Shown in pieces: positions 27,391 through 37,730 of a stretch of 42,211 nucleotides of DNA. Under the pieces are notes generated by a model, which worked only from the letters and a program-made list of their open reading frames with translations, did no database searches and was not told the origin of the DNA. Source of the stretch: a virus (Duplodnaviria; Caudoviricetes); IMG/VR virus record IMGVR_UViG_3300047282_000552, positions 1 to 42,211 of that record; one strand, written 5' to 3'. The first letter of the stretch is position 1. The number at the start of each line of letters is the position of its first letter. A program made the position numbers and the translations under genes.

Positions 27391-30300
27391 ATGAAAGGAT
27401 TAACACAATATTTAATAGAAACAATACTGGGAGAAGCGGCAAAGATAGACAAAGTAGTTGTTGTTTATTCTGGCCGCTTTCAACCTTTTCATAAGGGTCA
27501 CTACGCAACGTATGACCATTTGGTTAAGAAGTTCGGAAGGGATAATGTTTATATAGGAACTTCCGATGTAACCGATTCAAAAAAATCTCCATTTGGGTTT
27601 AAGGAAAAAAAAGCAATAATGATAAAGATGTTTGGAATTCCATCATCTAAAATTGTTAATGTAAGAAACCCATACGCTCCAGAAGAAATACTTAATAAAT
27701 TTGATTCAGATACAACTGGTTTTGTAACTGTTGTAGGTGAAAAAGATGCATCCCGTCTAAGTGGTAAATATTTTAAACCATATAAAGGAAAGATAGATAC
27801 TGGTTATTTAGATAGAGGATATGTTTATGCAGCACCCGCACAACCAAACCCTATTAGCGGTACTGATGTTCGCTATTGGTTAAGTAATGGTTCTGAAGCC
27901 GAAAGAAAAAAGAATTTTACAAAAGCCTATCCAAAGTTTGATGACCAAATATTCAAATTAATTACTCTTAAATTAAAGAAATTAAAAGAATGTATTAATG
28001 AAGAAATCAAATTAAATGTAAAAGTTGGTGATGAAATTTTAATGGGTAAATTTAAAAATAAAAAAGTAATTGTTAAATCCATAGGTAAAGATGAATGGGG
28101 AATGCCAACAATCAATGGTAAGAAAGCCGTGACATTTAGAATTCCAAAAAAAGATTTAAAAGAAAGTGCTAGTAGAGGATATGGTGCCGATGCTGGGGAA
28201 CCGGAAACTGGATATTATACCGATGGTTCTTCTAGAATTTTAAATTCAACAAAACCTGAACCTTGGTTTAAACAAATGGGATATACTCAATTACATTTTC
28301 CCAAAGGCGATTATATGAGGGGTAAAGGTAAAATTTCAAAAGAATTGGAAGGACCATATAGAAAAGTTACCTATAAACTCCAAAACGTTGTACATAGTAC
28401 ATTGAATCCCGCAGCAGACCCACATACCGTAGAAGATTGGGAAAATATAGAAAATAAAAAACCTATTAATAAAGTTAAAAGATTTTGGCACGTTGATAAA
28501 AAAGAAAAACCACAAATAATTTCAAAAGAAGATATTAATGAAATTATAGATGAAGTAGAAGAATCTTTATTAGATGAAATGGGATTACCTGGTGGAGCTG
28601 GTGTAGGATTAAGTTTACCAGGTGGATATATCAATGGGGCACCAAATCCAAAAGATGTTAAAAAATTAAAATCTAAATTAGATAAAGACGGTAGTGAAGA
28701 ATATGAAAAAGTTGATGAAAAAATAAATTCTAAAAATCATAAACCTGAATCTGAAGCTGAACATAATTTTCTACATCATCATAAAACTTCTGGATATGCA
28801 CCAGATTATGGGCACGAAGCAGAATTAGACACAATGGATTTTGATGATGATAGAAAAAAACAACCTGGTCATCAAACCGATACAAAAGACTCACAAAGTA
28901 AAGGATATGAGCCTGTAAAAGAAAACGAATTAAAAGGTGGTAAAGCGGATGGTATGACATTAAAAGATATAGCTAAACACCATAACGTAAGTGTGCAGGA
29001 TATTAAGGTAGAGTTTATGAAAGGGTATGCAATTGAAAGAGAGCATACATCTGATACAAATGTAGCAAAAGAAATTGCATTAGACCATCTTTACGAACAT
29101 CCAAAATATTATACTCGTTTGGCAGTTGTTGATGAAAAGGTTATTAAGGAATATACTGGAAATGGCGCATTTTATAATGATGGTAATGCAACAACTGGTA
29201 CTCAATGGAATGGAACTTGGGAAGAATATGATAATGAGAGTTATTATTTAGATAATTTAGAGGGATGGGATACATATCATGAGATTCCATCTGAATTTGA
29301 AAAGAAAAGAGCAGTAGACCAAAAACTACCTGTTGATGACCAAAATGATGGTAAAACGCACAAATATAATCGTATATTAAAAACAGGTCTTAAAACCCCT
29401 GCAGATTTTCTTAAAGGTGATAATAAATTAAAAGAAGTAAGTTCTTTAGACCATCAAGTAGGATTTAATGTTCCTGGTATGTTTGGTGGTGAAGGAATTG
29501 ATATAACTTCGGATGAAAATTTAGATTTAAATAATCCACAAGGTTGGGAAAAATACGATAAAGCTACAAACAAATTTAAGAAAAAAGGAATAAGCGAATC
29601 TTTAATTTTAGAAGGTGGTGCTTATGGACATATGGCACATCCATTTGATATTGAAATGGGTTTAACATTTGGTGACCTTAAGCAAATTGTAGTAAGAGCA
29701 CTTAATGGTGATTTGGAATTAGCAAGAGAAAAGACTGATGGGCAAGCATTGGCAATTAGTTGGGTAAATGGTAGATTAGTTGCTGCACGTAATAAATCTC
29801 ATTTAAAAAATAAAGGCGAGGGTGCAATGACGATAGGACAGGTAGCGGATAAATTTGCAGGTAGAGGTGGATTAACTGATGCATATAATTTTGCTATGCA
29901 AGACCTTTCAAAAGCAATATCACAATTATCAGAACCACAAAGAAAGAAGATTTTTAAAGATGGTGCGTGTTTTATGAATTTGGAAGTGATATATCCAACA
30001 TCTGTAAACGTAATTCCATATAACCAACCATTATTGGTATTTCATGGTACATTTGAGTACGATACCGAAGGAAATATAATTGGTGAAAATCAATCTGCAG
30101 CATCCATATTGGGTGGAATGATTAAGCAAATAAATGCACATGTTCAATCAAAGTACACAATTCAAGGACCTCCAATGCAAAAACTCCCTAAGTCAGAACA
30201 TCTTTCTAAACTACAAGGAAAGTATATTTCTATGATTAGTAAATTACAATCCGAATTTGGATTATCTGATTCTGATGGAGTTGCCGATTATCATCAAGCA

Positions 30301-30807
30301 TGGTGGACTAAGTTTGTTGAAAAAGGTGCAAAGAAATTGGATACGCAAGAAAAAATAGGATTGGTTAAGAGATGGGCGTTTGGTGATAAATCATTCCGTA
30401 TTAACACAATTCAAGATGCTAAATTAAAAGCTTGGGCCGAACAAATAGACAAACAAGACCAACAAAAAATATCCAAACAAAACCTAATGAAGTTTGAAGA
30501 AATATTCTTAGGAGTTGGTGCAGATGTATTGTCATTTATGAGTTCAGTACTTACAGCAAATCCAGATTCAGCTAAAAAACAAATGGTATCTAGATTAGAA
30601 TCAACTATAAAGCAAGTAAAAGCAAGTGGTGACCCAAAGAAAATTCAAAAACTTAAATTAGAATTGGAAAGATTAAATGCTTTGGGTGGATTTGATAAAA
30701 TAGTACCAAACGAAGGAATAGTATTCGTTTATGGTGGAAATACATACAAACTTACAGGCGCATTTGCACCCCTAAATCAAATATTAGGTATATTCTTTGA
30801 AAAATAG
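27391..30807 (+). CDS. Multidomain putative head-internal protein: HxGH nucleotidyltransferase + small modules + RNA-ligase-like nucleotidyltransferase domain
   Basis: GRFQPFHKGH...ISGTDVR at the N-terminus. A GGKAD...EREHT...EIALDHLxE module lies in the middle. The C-terminus carries EGGAYGHMxHP, EKTDG (KxDG), NLEVI, EGIV and YKLTG. Confidence 0.7.
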   Translation: MKGLTQYLIETILGEAAKIDKVVVVYSGRFQPFHKGHYATYDHLVKKFGRDNVYIGTSDVTDSKKSPFGFKEKKAIMIKMFGIPSSKIVNVRNPYAPEEILNKFDSDTTGFVTVVGEKDASRLSGKYFKPYKGKIDTGYLDRGYVYAAPAQPNPISGTDVRYWLSNGSEAERKKNFTKAYPKFDDQIFKLITLKLKKLKECINEEIKLNVKVGDEILMGKFKNKKVIVKSIGKDEWGMPTINGKKAVTFRIPKKDLKESASRGYGADAGEPETGYYTDGSSRILNSTKPEPWFKQMGYTQLHFPKGDYMRGKGKISKELEGPYRKVTYKLQNVVHSTLNPAADPHTVEDWENIENKKPINKVKRFWHVDKKEKPQIISKEDINEIIDEVEESLLDEMGLPGGAGVGLSLPGGYINGAPNPKDVKKLKSKLDKDGSEEYEKVDEKINSKNHKPESEAEHNFLHHHKTSGYAPDYGHEAELDTMDFDDDRKKQPGHQTDTKDSQSKGYEPVKENELKGGKADGMTLKDIAKHHNVSVQDIKVEFMKGYAIEREHTSDTNVAKEIALDHLYEHPKYYTRLAVVDEKVIKEYTGNGAFYNDGNATTGTQWNGTWEEYDNESYYLDNLEGWDTYHEIPSEFEKKRAVDQKLPVDDQNDGKTHKYNRILKTGLKTPADFLKGDNKLKEVSSLDHQVGFNVPGMFGGEGIDITSDENLDLNNPQGWEKYDKATNKFKKKGISESLILEGGAYGHMAHPFDIEMGLTFGDLKQIVVRALNGDLELAREKTDGQALAISWVNGRLVAARNKSHLKNKGEGAMTIGQVADKFAGRGGLTDAYNFAMQDLSKAISQLSEPQRKKIFKDGACFMNLEVIYPTSVNVIPYNQPLLVFHGTFEYDTEGNIIGENQSAASILGGMIKQINAHVQSKYTIQGPPMQKLPKSEHLSKLQGKYISMISKLQSEFGLSDSDGVADYHQAWWTKFVEKGAKKLDTQEKIGLVKRWAFGDKSFRINTIQDAKLKAWAEQIDKQDQQKISKQNLMKFEEIFLGVGADVLSFMSSVLTANPDSAKKQMVSRLESTIKQVKASGDPKKIQKLKLELERLNALGGFDKIVPNEGIVFVYGGNTYKLTGAFAPLNQILGIFFEK

Positions 30808-30859
30808 TTGTTTTATTTAATTATGATATACTTATATATACAAATATATCATTATTAAT

Positions 30860-31555
30860 ATGGCAAGAGAATTTCAAAAAAAGTATATGCACCCAACTCG
30901 TAGAAAGTTGGTGAACATGGTTTTGACGGGTGGTGAATACGAAAAAGATACACAAATATCTTTTGCAAATGCCGAAAATGTATCGGAAAACAATCGTAAA
31001 AAAGAAGTAGGAGAAATTTGGACAGATTCTGAAGGAAAAACTTGGGAACAAAAAGAATACGGAAAAGTTAGAATAAATGAACTATCCGAAACAATGTCAG
31101 ATGTTAGAGCTTATTTAGATAAATTAAATAGTTGTAAATCTGATAATTGTAAAACTATAAAATTTGGTAGAGTTGATAAAAAATTAATATCAAAAACGGG
31201 ATATTGTTTACATTGTTTAACAATAAGAGAGCAACAAATAAGAAATGATGGGATGTGGGAAGAATATGAAAATTATAAAATGCTTGCCAATCTTATTTCT
31301 TATGGTAAAGACCTCATTGAAAAATTAAATCAGGCATATACCGATGCTAAACAAGAATATGAATTCGTACATGAAGATGGTAAAATTGAAAAATGGGTTT
31401 TAGAGAAAGATGTAAACGAAATAAAAGCTGAAATTCTTACTGATATTACAATGTACGAAGGGGAAATTGAACAGGCTAAAAAATTAAGAAACGAAGCTTG
31501 GGATAAGTTGAAAGATAAAGGGTATGATGACCTTATTAAAGCACCAGTAGATTAA
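30860..31555 (+). CDS. Hypothetical protein with a Cys4 zinc-binding motif, upstream of the terminase
   Basis: CKSDNC...CLHC and a helical C-terminus; preceded by ATACTTAT (30828-30835). Confidence 0.65.
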   Translation: MAREFQKKYMHPTRRKLVNMVLTGGEYEKDTQISFANAENVSENNRKKEVGEIWTDSEGKTWEQKEYGKVRINELSETMSDVRAYLDKLNSCKSDNCKTIKFGRVDKKLISKTGYCLHCLTIREQQIRNDGMWEEYENYKMLANLISYGKDLIEKLNQAYTDAKQEYEFVHEDGKIEKWVLEKDVNEIKAEILTDITMYEGEIEQAKKLRNEAWDKLKDKGYDDLIKAPVD

Positions 31556-31556
31556 G

Positions 31557-33158
31557 ATGGCTCAAAATTTAGGTATAACACAAAAGAAAAGTCTTAAAGA
31601 AATTATTGCAGAGGAATACAAAAAGTGTGCAACGGACCCGATACACTTTATGAAGAAGTATTGTATGATTCAGCATCCAGTGAGAGGTAAGATACCTTTT
31701 CACCTTTTCCCATTTCAGGAAAAAACCCTTACTCAATTTAAAGATAATCGTTTTAATATAGTTCTTAAATCACGCCAAACCGGCATCTCAACTTTATGTG
31801 CGGGATTCTCACTTTGGAAAATGATATTCAATAGTGATTTTAACGTATTGGTTATTGCAACAAAGCAAGATGTAGCAAAGAACTTAGTAACTAAGGTAAG
31901 GGTGATGCATGAATTACTACCAAGTTGGTTAAAGGGTGGTTCATTAGAAGATAACAAACTTTCCCTACGTTTACAAAATGGTTCTCAGATTAAAGCAATT
32001 GCATCTTCACCTGATGCAGGACGTTCTGAAGCACTTTCTTTACTAATATTTGATGAGGCAGCGTTTATTGAAAGTATTGATGAAATATGGGTAGCGGCAC
32101 AATCTACATTATCAACGGGTGGTAGTTGTATTGCACTTTCTACCCCTAATGGTGTTGGTAATTGGTTTCACAAAACTTGGTTGGATGCAGAAGAAGGAAC
32201 AAATCCTTTTAATACAATTAAACTTCATTGGACGGTTCATCCTGAAAGAGACCAGAGTTGGAGAGATGAGCAAGAAAAATTATTAGGACAAAAGAAAGCA
32301 GCTCAAGAGTGTGATTGTGACTTTGTATCTTCTGGTGATACCGTAATTGATCCTGAGTTATTGATGTTTTACAAAGAATCATATTGCCAAGAGCCAATTG
32401 AAAAAACTGGATTTGATGGAAACCTTTGGAGATGGGAATATCCAACTGGGAATGGGTCTTATATGGTTGTAGCGGACGTGGCGAGAGGTGATGGTTCTGA
32501 CTTTTCAGCATGTCATGTTATTGATATAATGAACGCAACTCAGGTAGCAGAATATAAGGGTAAGATTGATACAAAAGATTTTGGAAACTTCTTAGTAAAT
32601 CTTTCAACCGAATATAATGATGCTCTATTAGTAATAGAAAACTCAAATATTGGTTGGGCATGTATTCAACAATGTATAGATAGACAATATAAAAACTTAT
32701 TCTATATGAGTAAGGATTTAAAGTATGTGGATGTTGAACATCAGATGAGAAACAAATATAGAGCGGATGAAAGACAGATGGTGGCTGGATTTTCAACTAC
32801 TTCAAAAACTAGACCACTTATTATTTCTAAATTAGATGAGTATTTTAGAGAAAAAGCAGTAACAATTCGTTCTAATCGTTTGATAGATGAACTTTTTACT
32901 TTTATATTCATTAATGGTAGGGCTGAAGCTATGAAAAGTTATAACGATGACTTGACAATGTCACTATCAATTGGGTTGTGGGTTAGAGATACTGCACTTC
33001 GTTTGAGACAAGAAGGAATTGACCTTACAAAAAGGGCTTTAGGTGGTATTTCATCAAATCAACAATATGAAGGAGTTTATGGTCCATCTGATAGGGATGA
33101 TAATCCTTGGAAAATGAGAATAGGTGATGATTTTGAAGACTTATCACAATGGTTGTAA
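31557..33158 (+). CDS. terL: Terminase large subunit (T4 gp17-like)
   Basis: Q motif (FPFQ), Walker A KSRQTGIS, Walker B LIFDEAAF, STPNG coupling motif, and RNase H-like ADVARG..D and NDD. Confidence 0.95.
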   Translation: MAQNLGITQKKSLKEIIAEEYKKCATDPIHFMKKYCMIQHPVRGKIPFHLFPFQEKTLTQFKDNRFNIVLKSRQTGISTLCAGFSLWKMIFNSDFNVLVIATKQDVAKNLVTKVRVMHELLPSWLKGGSLEDNKLSLRLQNGSQIKAIASSPDAGRSEALSLLIFDEAAFIESIDEIWVAAQSTLSTGGSCIALSTPNGVGNWFHKTWLDAEEGTNPFNTIKLHWTVHPERDQSWRDEQEKLLGQKKAAQECDCDFVSSGDTVIDPELLMFYKESYCQEPIEKTGFDGNLWRWEYPTGNGSYMVVADVARGDGSDFSACHVIDIMNATQVAEYKGKIDTKDFGNFLVNLSTEYNDALLVIENSNIGWACIQQCIDRQYKNLFYMSKDLKYVDVEHQMRNKYRADERQMVAGFSTTSKTRPLIISKLDEYFREKAVTIRSNRLIDELFTFIFINGRAEAMKSYNDDLTMSLSIGLWVRDTALRLRQEGIDLTKRALGGISSNQQYEGVYGPSDRDDNPWKMRIGDDFEDLSQWL

Positions 33159-33224
33159 AAATGTAGGTGTTTTGATAATTAGTGATATTTATGGTATATG
33201 TCAAAATACAAAAAGGAGACCAAA

Positions 33225-33662
33225 ATGATTAAATTAACAAATATCTTAAAAGAAGATGAGTATGTAGATAAAGCATACCAAAAAGGAGACCAACCAGCAG
33301 ATAATCCAATTGATGATTATGATGAATTGGATGTAGAACAAGAAGATATGGATGATTTCATTGCATATCTTAAATCTTACTCACAATCTTTAGATGAAGC
33401 GGGATGTAATTGTGTTTTTGAAGCAGAATATCAAGGTAGAGAAGTTAAGCTAGGTAAACCAATGGCTGGTGATGTAAAGAAATTTAAGGTATATGTTAAA
33501 AATCCTAAAACTGGTAAAGTTATTAAAGTAAACTTTGGTCAGAAAGGGGTAAAAATAAAAAAGAATAATCCTGGTAGAAGGGCTAATTTTAGAGCAAGAC
33601 ACAATTGTGATAATCCTGGTCCAAGAACAAAAGCAAGATATTGGTCTTGTAGAAAATGGTAA
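33225..33662 (+). CDS. Putative head-internal protein with a basic C-terminal domain
   Basis: Starts MIKLTNILKE after an AGGAG site. An acidic linker precedes EAEYQG...KVNFG...FRARHNC...ARYWSC, which I recognise from large T4-like phages. Confidence 0.65.
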   Translation: MIKLTNILKEDEYVDKAYQKGDQPADNPIDDYDELDVEQEDMDDFIAYLKSYSQSLDEAGCNCVFEAEYQGREVKLGKPMAGDVKKFKVYVKNPKTGKVIKVNFGQKGVKIKKNNPGRRANFRARHNCDNPGPRTKARYWSCRKW

Positions 33663-33670
33663 AATAAATT

Positions 33671-35446
33671 ATGGCAGAACAATTCCAAGACGATAGAAGT
33701 TTCTTTGGGAGACTTAAAAAACTATTTTCAACTAACGCAATCGTAACCGTTGATAAAGATGGTAAACGTAAAGTAGTTGATGTTGAAGATAGACAAATGA
33801 ATACTAATTTTGTAAATCTAAGAGATAGATATACAAAACTTCAAAGGTCTTATTTTGAAACCCATCAGGGTGCGCAATCTATGGCGTATCATCAAGTTCG
33901 TAGAGAACTTTTTAGAGATTATGATGCTATGGATATGGACCCAATTATTGGTTCTGCTTTAGACATATACGCGGATGAAAGTACAACAAAGAACGAATAT
34001 GGTGATGTACTTCAGATTAAATCTACAAATGAGAACGTAAGAGAGATGCTTCACAATCTATTCTATGATATAATGAATGTGGAGTTTAACTTATGGCCTT
34101 GGATTAGAAACTTAGTAAAATATGGTGATGCTTTCTTAGCATTGGAAATTCTACCTGGTAAAGGTATTATCAACGTAGCACCACACTCAACATATAATGT
34201 AGAAAGATTAGAAGGTACTGACCCAAACAATCCTGATTATGTAAAGTATAAGGTTGAATTGGACCGTTTTGGTAAAAGAGAATACGAACAATACGAAATG
34301 GCTCACTTCCGTATGTTATCTGATACTAACTTCCTTCCTTATGGTAAATCAATGATTGAAGGTGCAAGAAGAATTTGGAAACAATTATCTCTTATGGAAG
34401 ATGCGATGTTAATCCATCGTATTATGAGAGCACCTGAAAAGAGAGTATTCAAAATAGATATAGGTAACATTCCACCGCAAGAAGTGGATAACTATATGCA
34501 AAAGATTATCAATAAAATGAAAAAAACTCCATTTGTTGATAAAAATACTGGTGATTACAACTTAAAATACAATATTCAAAACCTTACTGAAGATTTCTTC
34601 TTACCTGTTCGTGGTAGTGATAGTGGTACTAATATTGATAACCTAAGTGGTTTAGAATATGCGGCTATTGAAGATATTGATTATTTAAAAAATAAATTAT
34701 TTGCAGCTTTAAGAGTACCAAAAGCATATCTTTCTTATGATGAGAACGTAAACGGTAAAGCTACATTGGCGGCAGAAGATGTTCGTTTTGCAAGAACTAT
34801 TGAAAGAATTCAACGTACAGTTGTTAGTGAATTGGCAAAAATTGCAGTAGTTCACTTAGCAGCAAATGGTATTGAAGACTCTGAAATGACAAACTTTGAA
34901 TTAACTTTGACAAATGCATCTACAATTTATGAGCAAGAAAAGGTTAATTTATGGTCTGAAAAAGTAAGATTGGCATCAGATGTAAAAGCACTTAATATGT
35001 TATCTTCTGATTGGGCTTATCATAATGTATTTGGTTTATCACAAGATGAAATTGATATGGAAAGAGCTAAAGTAATTTTAGACCTTAAAGACCGTTTCAG
35101 ACATACATCAATAGAGCAGCAAGGACAGGACCCAGCAAACCCACCACAACAACAAAATGTGGAAGAAGAAATCAGTAAATTAAAAACTGAAATTGAATTA
35201 AATAGGGGAGTTGGTAGACCTAAAGAAGGAAACACTTATGGTAAAGATAAGCATCCATATGGTAGAGACCCATTGGGAGATAAAGAAAACCATAAAGAAA
35301 GAAAAAGAGACGATAGAACATTAAACACAAACGCTAAAAAACTGGCACGTGAATATATAAACGGAGTTTCATCAAAAAAGAAGGTTTTGGTTGAAAAAGG
35401 TGGTATGCTGGATGAAAAAAACCTTATAGATGAAACTAAAATTTAA
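33671..35446 (+). CDS. Portal protein (T4 gp20-like)
   Basis: YGKSMIEGARRIWKQLxLMEDAMLIHRIMRAPEKRVFKIDIGN, EDFFLPVRG, LFAALRVPK and EDVRFARTI motifs. Confidence 0.95.
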   Translation: MAEQFQDDRSFFGRLKKLFSTNAIVTVDKDGKRKVVDVEDRQMNTNFVNLRDRYTKLQRSYFETHQGAQSMAYHQVRRELFRDYDAMDMDPIIGSALDIYADESTTKNEYGDVLQIKSTNENVREMLHNLFYDIMNVEFNLWPWIRNLVKYGDAFLALEILPGKGIINVAPHSTYNVERLEGTDPNNPDYVKYKVELDRFGKREYEQYEMAHFRMLSDTNFLPYGKSMIEGARRIWKQLSLMEDAMLIHRIMRAPEKRVFKIDIGNIPPQEVDNYMQKIINKMKKTPFVDKNTGDYNLKYNIQNLTEDFFLPVRGSDSGTNIDNLSGLEYAAIEDIDYLKNKLFAALRVPKAYLSYDENVNGKATLAAEDVRFARTIERIQRTVVSELAKIAVVHLAANGIEDSEMTNFELTLTNASTIYEQEKVNLWSEKVRLASDVKALNMLSSDWAYHNVFGLSQDEIDMERAKVILDLKDRFRHTSIEQQGQDPANPPQQQNVEEEISKLKTEIELNRGVGRPKEGNTYGKDKHPYGRDPLGDKENHKERKRDDRTLNTNAKKLAREYINGVSSKKKVLVEKGGMLDEKNLIDETKI

Positions 35447-35512
35447 TAAAGAAAAATTTGTTTATATTTATATGTGTTAGTTTATAGGGTAGAATAAATA
35501 TAGGGTAAGTAA

Positions 35513-36382
35513 ATGAAAAAAATTAAACATTCCAAGTTTAAGAATACTGGAGTGTTATTTGAGCTTTTAGTAAGACAAATAACATTAGAAATTCTTAATG
35601 GAGACAAATCTGAAAACGCAAAGAAAATTGTGGCAGAATTCTTTGCTCCTAATACGGAGTTAAACAAAGAATTACGTCTTTATGACATTTTGTTAAAAGA
35701 AAAATACAATTCGGAAACAAAAGCTGATAAATTAGTTGAAACTGTATGTGATGCACATGCTAAATTAAACCAATCGGTATTATCTAAAGAAAAATACAAT
35801 CTTATTAAAGAAATTTCTGCAAAATTTGATTTAGATAATTTTTTATCTTCACCTATTTCTAACTACAAAGTACTAGCATCTATATATAAAGTATTTGAAT
35901 CTAAGAGAGCTGATGGATATGATATTAAAGATATTTTTAATTCTAAGATTACCCTAATTGAAAACATAACATCAAAACCCGCTCAACAAACGCAACCAGC
36001 GGAAGATAAAAAGCTGATTGAATCCTATAAACAACAAGACAAAGACCTTAGATTACTTACTTATAAGATTTTAGTAGAAACTTTCAACAAAAAATATACA
36101 AATTTAGATGAATCTCAAAAGAATTTGTTGAAAGAATATATAAATAATATTACTAACACTACGAAATTCAAAGATTATGTTGCGGTAGAACTACCAAAAA
36201 TAATTGCAGAATTAAAATCTATCCAATCAAAACTAACTGATAAAGTTACACAAATTAAATTATCAGAAACAATTTCAGTTTTAGATAAAATGAAAATTGG
36301 AAAAATTGTATCTGATTCACAAGTTTCATCTATTATGCTTTCTTATGAGCTAATAAAAGAACTTAAATCTAAAGTAAAATAA
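35513..36382 (+). CDS. Hypothetical head-module protein (289 aa, helical)
   Basis: Long ORF directly after portal; preceded by ATATTTAT (35464-35471). Confidence 0.7.
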   Translation: MKKIKHSKFKNTGVLFELLVRQITLEILNGDKSENAKKIVAEFFAPNTELNKELRLYDILLKEKYNSETKADKLVETVCDAHAKLNQSVLSKEKYNLIKEISAKFDLDNFLSSPISNYKVLASIYKVFESKRADGYDIKDIFNSKITLIENITSKPAQQTQPAEDKKLIESYKQQDKDLRLLTYKILVETFNKKYTNLDESQKNLLKEYINNITNTTKFKDYVAVELPKIIAELKSIQSKLTDKVTQIKLSETISVLDKMKIGKIVSDSQVSSIMLSYELIKELKSKVK

Positions 36383-37047
36383 TGGAAGCAAGATTAAAAG
36401 AAGCAATCCGTAAATACGTTAGAGAAAGAAACATTCAAAAAACATTGGATGAAATGAGTGTGACTGGTAACGTGGCTGGATATAATACACCAGCTGCATT
36501 TTCAAAGCCAGGTCAGACTGCAAAGAAAAACAAAAGATTAGCACAAGCAACAGGTGGTACTGTGGTTAATGATTTAGAAGAAGGATTAACAAGTAGTGCT
36601 TCTGCACCTTTTAGTAAACCTAGTGAAGTAGCAGGTAAAAATGCAAAATTGGCTAAATTATCCGGAGCTACTCTTGTTGGAGAAGGTGAAAAAGATTGGG
36701 CTTTAGGTGATGTTCCAGCTAGTAAGGATGAAGCATTGCCAATGAAACCAACTGCTGCAAAAGAAGTTGATAAAGCAAAAGTTGCAGATATTAGTGGAAT
36801 GATTGTAGCAGAAAATAGATGGTTAGAATTAAAAAGAGAAGAATCCTCACCAAAAGCAAAAGTTGGTAGAGGAATTTCTAATATACAAAGACAACTTTCT
36901 GAAATTGAAAAGTTTGTTAATTGGTATTCTAAGATTAAGAACGAAAATGGACTTAAAAAAGAAGATTACTGGAAAAGAACAAATGCAAATCTATACAAAA
37001 TCAGAGAAAGGTTAATGGGAATAACTGAAAAATTAAGAAAATTATAA
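36382..37047 (+). CDS. Putative head-internal/core protein with an internal duplication
   Basis: TAATG coupling; the unit FSKP-x3-A-x-KNx[RK]LAxx[TS]GxT[VL]V occurs twice; several L-x-E sites. Confidence 0.65.
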   Translation: MEARLKEAIRKYVRERNIQKTLDEMSVTGNVAGYNTPAAFSKPGQTAKKNKRLAQATGGTVVNDLEEGLTSSASAPFSKPSEVAGKNAKLAKLSGATLVGEGEKDWALGDVPASKDEALPMKPTAAKEVDKAKVADISGMIVAENRWLELKREESSPKAKVGRGISNIQRQLSEIEKFVNWYSKIKNENGLKKEDYWKRTNANLYKIRERLMGITEKLRKL

Positions 37048-37051
37048 TAAA

Positions 37052-37729
37052 ATGCCAGCAGTATCAAAAGCACAACAAAGATTTATGGGTATGGTTCACG
37101 CAGCTCAAAAAGGTGAAGAACCGGCATCTCCAGAAGTAGCAAAAGTAGCAGCAGATATGAAAAAATCAGATGCTAAAGATTTTGCATCTACTAAACATAA
37201 AGGATTACCTACACATAAAGAAACAATTACTAAGGAAAGATTGAAAGAATTAGTAAAAGAGGTAATGATTGAAGAAGCTGAATATCAACAATTTTTTAAA
37301 AAAGCATTAGAGAAGGCTGGTAAATCAATTTCTCAAATGAGTGATGATGAGAAAAAAGAATTCTTTAACAAAATTGATTCTGCTTGGAATGGTAAGGGTA
37401 CAAAATCGGAAGCACTTAAAGGTGACCAACATAAATTAGATGTTGATGGTGATGGTGATATTGAAGGTGATGATTTAGCAGATTTAAGAGCTGGTAAAAA
37501 AACTGACGAAGCTGTAGCAGGAGAATTACCACAGGCAACAATTCCTTCTCAAGTAAAACAAAGATTGGGAATGGCTATTGATAAAATTAAAGATGCAAAA
37601 TTAAGTAATAACCAAAAACTTCAATTAGTTGCGCAAGTTGTAGATTCACTAAATGTAGATAAAAATCAACTTAGTCAAATAGCAACTAGAATTAGAAGCA
37701 AAATGGAAGTATTAAAGAAAGTAAAATAA
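37052..37729 (+). CDS. Putative head-internal protein, modular, with an EF-hand-like loop
   Basis: MPAVSKAQQRFMGM N-terminus and a DVDGDGDIEGDD loop. Confidence 0.65.
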   Translation: MPAVSKAQQRFMGMVHAAQKGEEPASPEVAKVAADMKKSDAKDFASTKHKGLPTHKETITKERLKELVKEVMIEEAEYQQFFKKALEKAGKSISQMSDDEKKEFFNKIDSAWNGKGTKSEALKGDQHKLDVDGDGDIEGDDLADLRAGKKTDEAVAGELPQATIPSQVKQRLGMAIDKIKDAKLSNNQKLQLVAQVVDSLNVDKNQLSQIATRIRSKMEVLKKVK

Positions 37730-37730
37730 T

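Noticed and set aside
31557-35446. Inteins or introns in terminase or portal
   Set aside because: Both are of ordinary length with contiguous motifs and no intein splice motifs or LAGLIDADG block
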